DNA of 64,000 nucleotides from Methanobacteriota archaeon (GTDB taxonomy: Archaea > Thermoplasmatota > Poseidoniia > Poseidoniales > Poseidoniaceae). Every line of letters starts with the position of its first letter. The first letter of the stretch is position 1. The stretch covers positions 18,580-82,579 of the forward strand of contig PAZU01000004.1 of assembly GCA_002715725.1 (NCBI GenBank). The letters run 5' to 3'. The notes beneath the pieces are model-generated. The model was not told the DNA's origin. It did not search any database and saw only the letters and a program-made list of their open reading frames with translations. The translations under genes were made by a program, and so were the position numbers. Below are positions 60,584-64,000 of the stretch, piece after piece.

Positions 60584-60605
60584 TTGCCTGGGGAATCTGA
60601 TTCGA

Positions 60606-60815
60606 CTAAGCTCGCTCGCGAGGTGCACTGAAAGGTGCAACTTCACTGATCAAGTCGATGTGTGAAACAAACATTCGGCGGCAACAATAGAGGTCAAATC
60701 CAAGTTCATCAAGGGCCGTCATTATATCGGTACCCGCTTCTTTCTTTTCATTGAATTCTTCCCACTTATGTGCGATAAGACTGCCACAACTAAAACAACG
60801 TACTGGAATAATCAT
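60606..60815 (-). CDS. rpoN: RNA polymerase subunit Rpo10 (N)
   Basis: MIIPVRCFSCG...YCCRRM. Confidence 0.97.
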   Translation of the reverse strand: MIIPVRCFSCGSLIAHKWEEFNEKKEAGTDIMTALDELGFDLYCCRRMFVSHIDLISEVAPFSAPRERA

Positions 60816-60820
60816 CTAAA

Positions 60821-61258
60821 TCACCTGTAAGACTTCTGCTTCTTTCGGCGAGCACCACGACCGAGCTGGTGTTTTGGTTCCTTTCGACGAGGGTCGTTAA
60901 CCAGTAGACTGCGATCAAATCGCAGGTACTCGTCACGTAGTTCCTCATCGAGTCCTTCTGCACCACCATTGTAATGGACTAGGCCACGAGCAATTGCAGT
61001 TCGAATTGCATCGGTCTGACCCATAACTCCACCACCATGTGTTAGAATATTAATGTCTACCTTGGATAAACGGTTCATTGCATCAGCAATAATCAGCGGC
61101 TCCATTGCCTTACGGCGAGATAGAGCAGGTTGCATGATTTCAATAGGTTCGCTGTTAACTCGAACTCTTCCCTTTCCAACCTTGACAGTTGCACGAGCAA
61201 CTGCGGTCTTACGCTTACCTGATGTGTGTACGACTTTCTTACCTTTGCGAGCCATCAC
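60821..61258 (-). CDS. rps9: 30S ribosomal protein uS9
   Basis: SGKRKTAVARA, GGGVMGQ, GARRKKQKSYR. Confidence 0.97.
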   Translation of the reverse strand: MMARKGKKVVHTSGKRKTAVARATVKVGKGRVRVNSEPIEIMQPALSRRKAMEPLIIADAMNRLSKVDINILTHGGGVMGQTDAIRTAIARGLVHYNGGAEGLDEELRDEYLRFDRSLLVNDPRRKEPKHQLGRGARRKKQKSYR

Positions 61259-61743
61259 TGCTCACCTCCGTTCCATCGGTGTGCTGGTGCGCCTAGGTTA
61301 GCGCTAATCTCTCCCAAGCGAACAAATCGCTGAGGAAGAGGGCGTCGAATCTTGCTGTCATCACCTGCTTCGTGACCTTCTGGAAGGTCTCCTGACAAGT
61401 GGCTAGGGCAGCCGATTTCGACACGAAGATTGCGAAGTGCACGACGTCCGCTACTCTTTGCTTGGTAAGGCAACATGCCTCTGACTGTTCTCTTAAGAAT
61501 CATATCAGGCATTCTAGGGAAATATGGTCCCTTGCGAGCATGGTTTAGCGCATACTTATCGTGATAAGTAGCGAATACTGAAGTTGGTTTGCCTGAAACG
61601 ACAGCCTTCTCAGCATTTACAATAACCACTTGGTCACTGTTACCAGCACGAGTGCTCTTCAGAAGAATATCTGCAACTGTACTAGCCAAACGGCCTAGGA
61701 CAAGTCCATCGGCATCATAGACGAATGTCTTGCTATCAACCAA
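61255..61743 (-). CDS. rpl13: 50S ribosomal protein uL13 (TTG start)
   Basis: DADGLVLGRLAS, VNAEK, KRTVRGMLP. Confidence 0.95.
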   Translation of the reverse strand: MVDSKTFVYDADGLVLGRLASTVADILLKSTRAGNSDQVVIVNAEKAVVSGKPTSVFATYHDKYALNHARKGPYFPRMPDMILKRTVRGMLPYQAKSSGRRALRNLRVEIGCPSHLSGDLPEGHEAGDDSKIRRPLPQRFVRLGEISANLGAPAHRWNGGEQ

Positions 61744-62101
61744 GGATGTACACCCCCGATCCGTTTGGGTTTTCGTTCATTAGTTCAGCAAGCGAAAGGA
61801 CTCTGCCTCCTGCTGCCTCAATTTTCTCACGGGCTCCTGCGCTGACACTGTATGCGGCGACGTCGTGCTTGGCTGAAACTTCACCACTGCCGAGCAACTT
61901 GCCTGGAACGAGGACTGTTACGCCCTCGGGGCAATGGCGGCTCAAACGGCTTAGGTTAGGTTGCGCCCAATTACTACGGCTCTTAGAAAGGCGTAGCGCG
62001 ACATCTCGCCACAGAGGTGCGCCGGTCTCGCGAGACTGTGCCTTCAAATCGCCGATTAAATCGACTAGATTTGGGTTTGTCTTGCTTACGGGTTTACTCA
62101 T
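61736..62101 (-). CDS. rpl18e: 50S ribosomal protein eL18
   Basis: KTNP, VPGKLLGSG, AREKIEAAGG. Confidence 0.95.
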   Translation of the reverse strand: MSKPVSKTNPNLVDLIGDLKAQSRETGAPLWRDVALRLSKSRSNWAQPNLSRLSRHCPEGVTVLVPGKLLGSGEVSAKHDVAAYSVSAGAREKIEAAGGRVLSLAELMNENPNGSGVYILG

Positions 62102-62211
62102 ATGACTCACTCGATGCTTTAGAAGCAAGTCGCCGACCAACCACCCTGTTATGAAGGCACCGACGCGGCCAATCTCCTCTTCGCGCCGTAGTTGACCGCT
62201 TTTGCGAGATT

Positions 62212-62655
62212 TTAATCGAGTAAAATATCGCCTTTAGCATCTAGCAGTTCAACGGTTAATCCTGCTGCTCTAGCCTGGACAAGAATGTCGTTGTGAAGAG
62301 TATCTGAAAAGTCATCAAGTGCCTGCAAAGAGGTAATCGATGCGACATCGGTGAGTTGGTCTATCAAATGGTTTAGCACACAAGAGACCCCATACGCTTG
62401 ACCTGCTCTAAACGCATGATCTACTCCGCCAATCTCGGGGTCTTCAGCTTTCATTCGCAACATTACCTGTTGTGAATAAGCAACCAATGCGCCATAAATC
62501 GATTCGATGATTTGTGCCGCCTCTAAATCCGTAAGCAATAACTGGGCATTCGACAACGCCGCTCGCACCGCAGAACCATAGATTCTGTGCGCTTCAATCG
62601 TATTCATTCCTTCTTGCATCATCGCTTGGTCGATGAGAGTCTTCCAATCGCTCAT
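62212..62655 (-). CDS. Hypothetical helical protein
   Basis: Clean ORF with TTGATG at -30. Confidence 0.7.
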   Translation of the reverse strand: MSDWKTLIDQAMMQEGMNTIEAHRIYGSAVRAALSNAQLLLTDLEAAQIIESIYGALVAYSQQVMLRMKAEDPEIGGVDHAFRAGQAYGVSCVLNHLIDQLTDVASITSLQALDDFSDTLHNDILVQARAAGLTVELLDAKGDILLD

Positions 62656-62701
62656 AGTGCACCCACAGAGGACTAGACTCATCAACCCTACGCCGACGAA
62701 T

Positions 62702-62733
62702 GGGCAAAGTCGGGATAACCCCCGACTTTGCCC
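62702..62733. repeat. Perfect 13-bp inverted repeat, possible terminator of the upstream minus-strand gene
   Basis: GGGCAAAGTCGGG-ATAACC-CCCGACTTTGCCC. Confidence 0.7.
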
Positions 62734-62746
62734 TAAAGCCGATTAT

Positions 62747-64000
62747 TCAAATCTTGAAATTTGAATTGTCTTCGTTTTCGTCGATACCTGCCTGCTTGAC
62801 AGTACCATCTGCTGCTACGAATTCTCCAGCCTTGGTAAGGCCGCCATACAATTTAGCATCATGTTCCTCTGTACGAGTAATCATTCCGCCATCGCCAAGA
62901 GCAAGTGCAAGGCTCTTCGTAATCTCGTTCAGAGTTGCAATTGCTCGATCACGGTGGCTTGGGCCAATCTCGTGGTCTGAATAACGTGCTTCTTCGAAGA
63001 TTGCGATGAATGCATCCAACTGGTCTGCAGGGACCATGTGGAATGCTCCACGAACTGCGCTCTCGAATTCACGTGTGGTTTCGTAAACCTTCTTCATGAA
63101 TCCATGTCGGCGGAAGTGCTTGACTAACTGCTTGTAACAATCGAAGATGATTGCGATGTATTCGTTTGCAGCTTGTAACTGTAGCATTGTATCGGTTAGT
63201 ATACCGCGCAATGCTTCAACTTGGCGTCTTGCTACAACTCGTTGATAGTACATGACTCCAGCGACCAATGCTCCTAGTAGAACAATAACCAGCGCCATAA
63301 TTGTGGTCGGAGTAAAGATCCCGTCACTTTGGTCACTGACCTTTGCCTTCATGTAATGTACTTCGTGAGTAATGTTGTCACTAGACTCTGCGAAGAATGT
63401 GGAACCAGGGTAGTAAGCCTTGATTCTCCAATCTCCCGAACATGGTTCTCCTTCACAAGTTCTACCGGAGAAAGCCCAATCGAATGATGCAACACCTTGT
63501 TCGTTGGTATATGATTCATTACGGCCTTCTACAACCCATTCCATCGAATCGGAGTCCCAGTATTCTCTGATGAAGAATATCTCTTCGTTCTCAACCGCCA
63601 GGTCTAGCCTATCGCGCAATAGTGCGATTTCTCCGTAAACATTGTCATTGGTATCCAAACCATTGTTGTTGACATATGACCAAGAGGTCTTCACCTGTAG
63701 ATCGACTCTGCTCCTTACAAGAACTACAATATCCATGTGTGAACCATTCAATACATTGCTAGTATCCTTATCACATCCGCCTGGAACGTTGATGTCTGGC
63801 TCAAACGCAACTCTTAGCAATCTGAATCCTTCAAGTTCTCCGCCAGTTGTTTCAACTCCCTTCAAACCAGGGTTTTGACTCGGATCTCCACTGAACCATT
63901 CAACCATTCCATCGGATTCTCTTGTGTAGATGCTCGATAGAGGGCGTACGTTCTTCTGAGGGTCGAGATAAATATTCAGACACTTGCCTCCAACATATTG
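62747..64000 (-). CDS. C-terminal part of a large membrane-anchored protein with DUF4129-like domain (truncated by window)
   Basis: Frame stays open to 64000; TM followed by ETTREF...FEEARYSDH. Confidence 0.8.
   Translation of the reverse strand, partial: QYVGGKCLNIYLDPQKNVRPLSSIYTRESDGMVEWFSGDPSQNPGLKGVETTGGELEGFRLLRVAFEPDINVPGGCDKDTSNVLNGSHMDIVVLVRSRVDLQVKTSWSYVNNNGLDTNDNVYGEIALLRDRLDLAVENEEIFFIREYWDSDSMEWVVEGRNESYTNEQGVASFDWAFSGRTCEGEPCSGDWRIKAYYPGSTFFAESSDNITHEVHYMKAKVSDQSDGIFTPTTIMALVIVLLGALVAGVMYYQRVVARRQVEALRGILTDTMLQLQAANEYIAIIFDCYKQLVKHFRRHGFMKKVYETTREFESAVRGAFHMVPADQLDAFIAIFEEARYSDHEIGPSHRDRAIATLNEITKSLALALGDGGMITRTEEHDAKLYGGLTKAGEFVAADGTVKQAGIDENEDNSNFKI

Overview
Dense, streamlined archaeal chromosome segment, most consistent with Marine Group II Euryarchaeota (Ca. 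Poseidoniales). This is inferred from archaeal information genes (mcm, gatE, trm1, RaSEA, rpl18e-rpl13-rps9-rpoN-tRNA-Pro, two PAC2 proteins) occurring with a proteorhodopsin, an NAD-dependent ligase and giant acidic surface proteins. It holds about 50 CDS and 2 tRNAs; I see no CRISPR array, rRNA or mobile element. Main observations: (1) a cbb3/CcoN-like heme-copper oxidase scaffold that appears to have lost all metal-ligand histidines and is fused to an EF-hand pair and a SAP domain; (2) a near-consensus archaeal ORB plus a second ORB core directly upstream of mcm; (3) a likely B12 capture module (beta-propeller plus transcobalamin-like DUF4430 protein next to an ECF S-component); (4) a three-gene surface cluster with non-canonical CxCH and CxxxCH motifs; (5) a TTGAWR promoter box at -29/-30 of apparently leaderless genes; (6) a GNRA hairpin behind the rhodopsin gene, encoded within the convergent CDS. 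All family calls come from motif recognition by eye, not from database searches.
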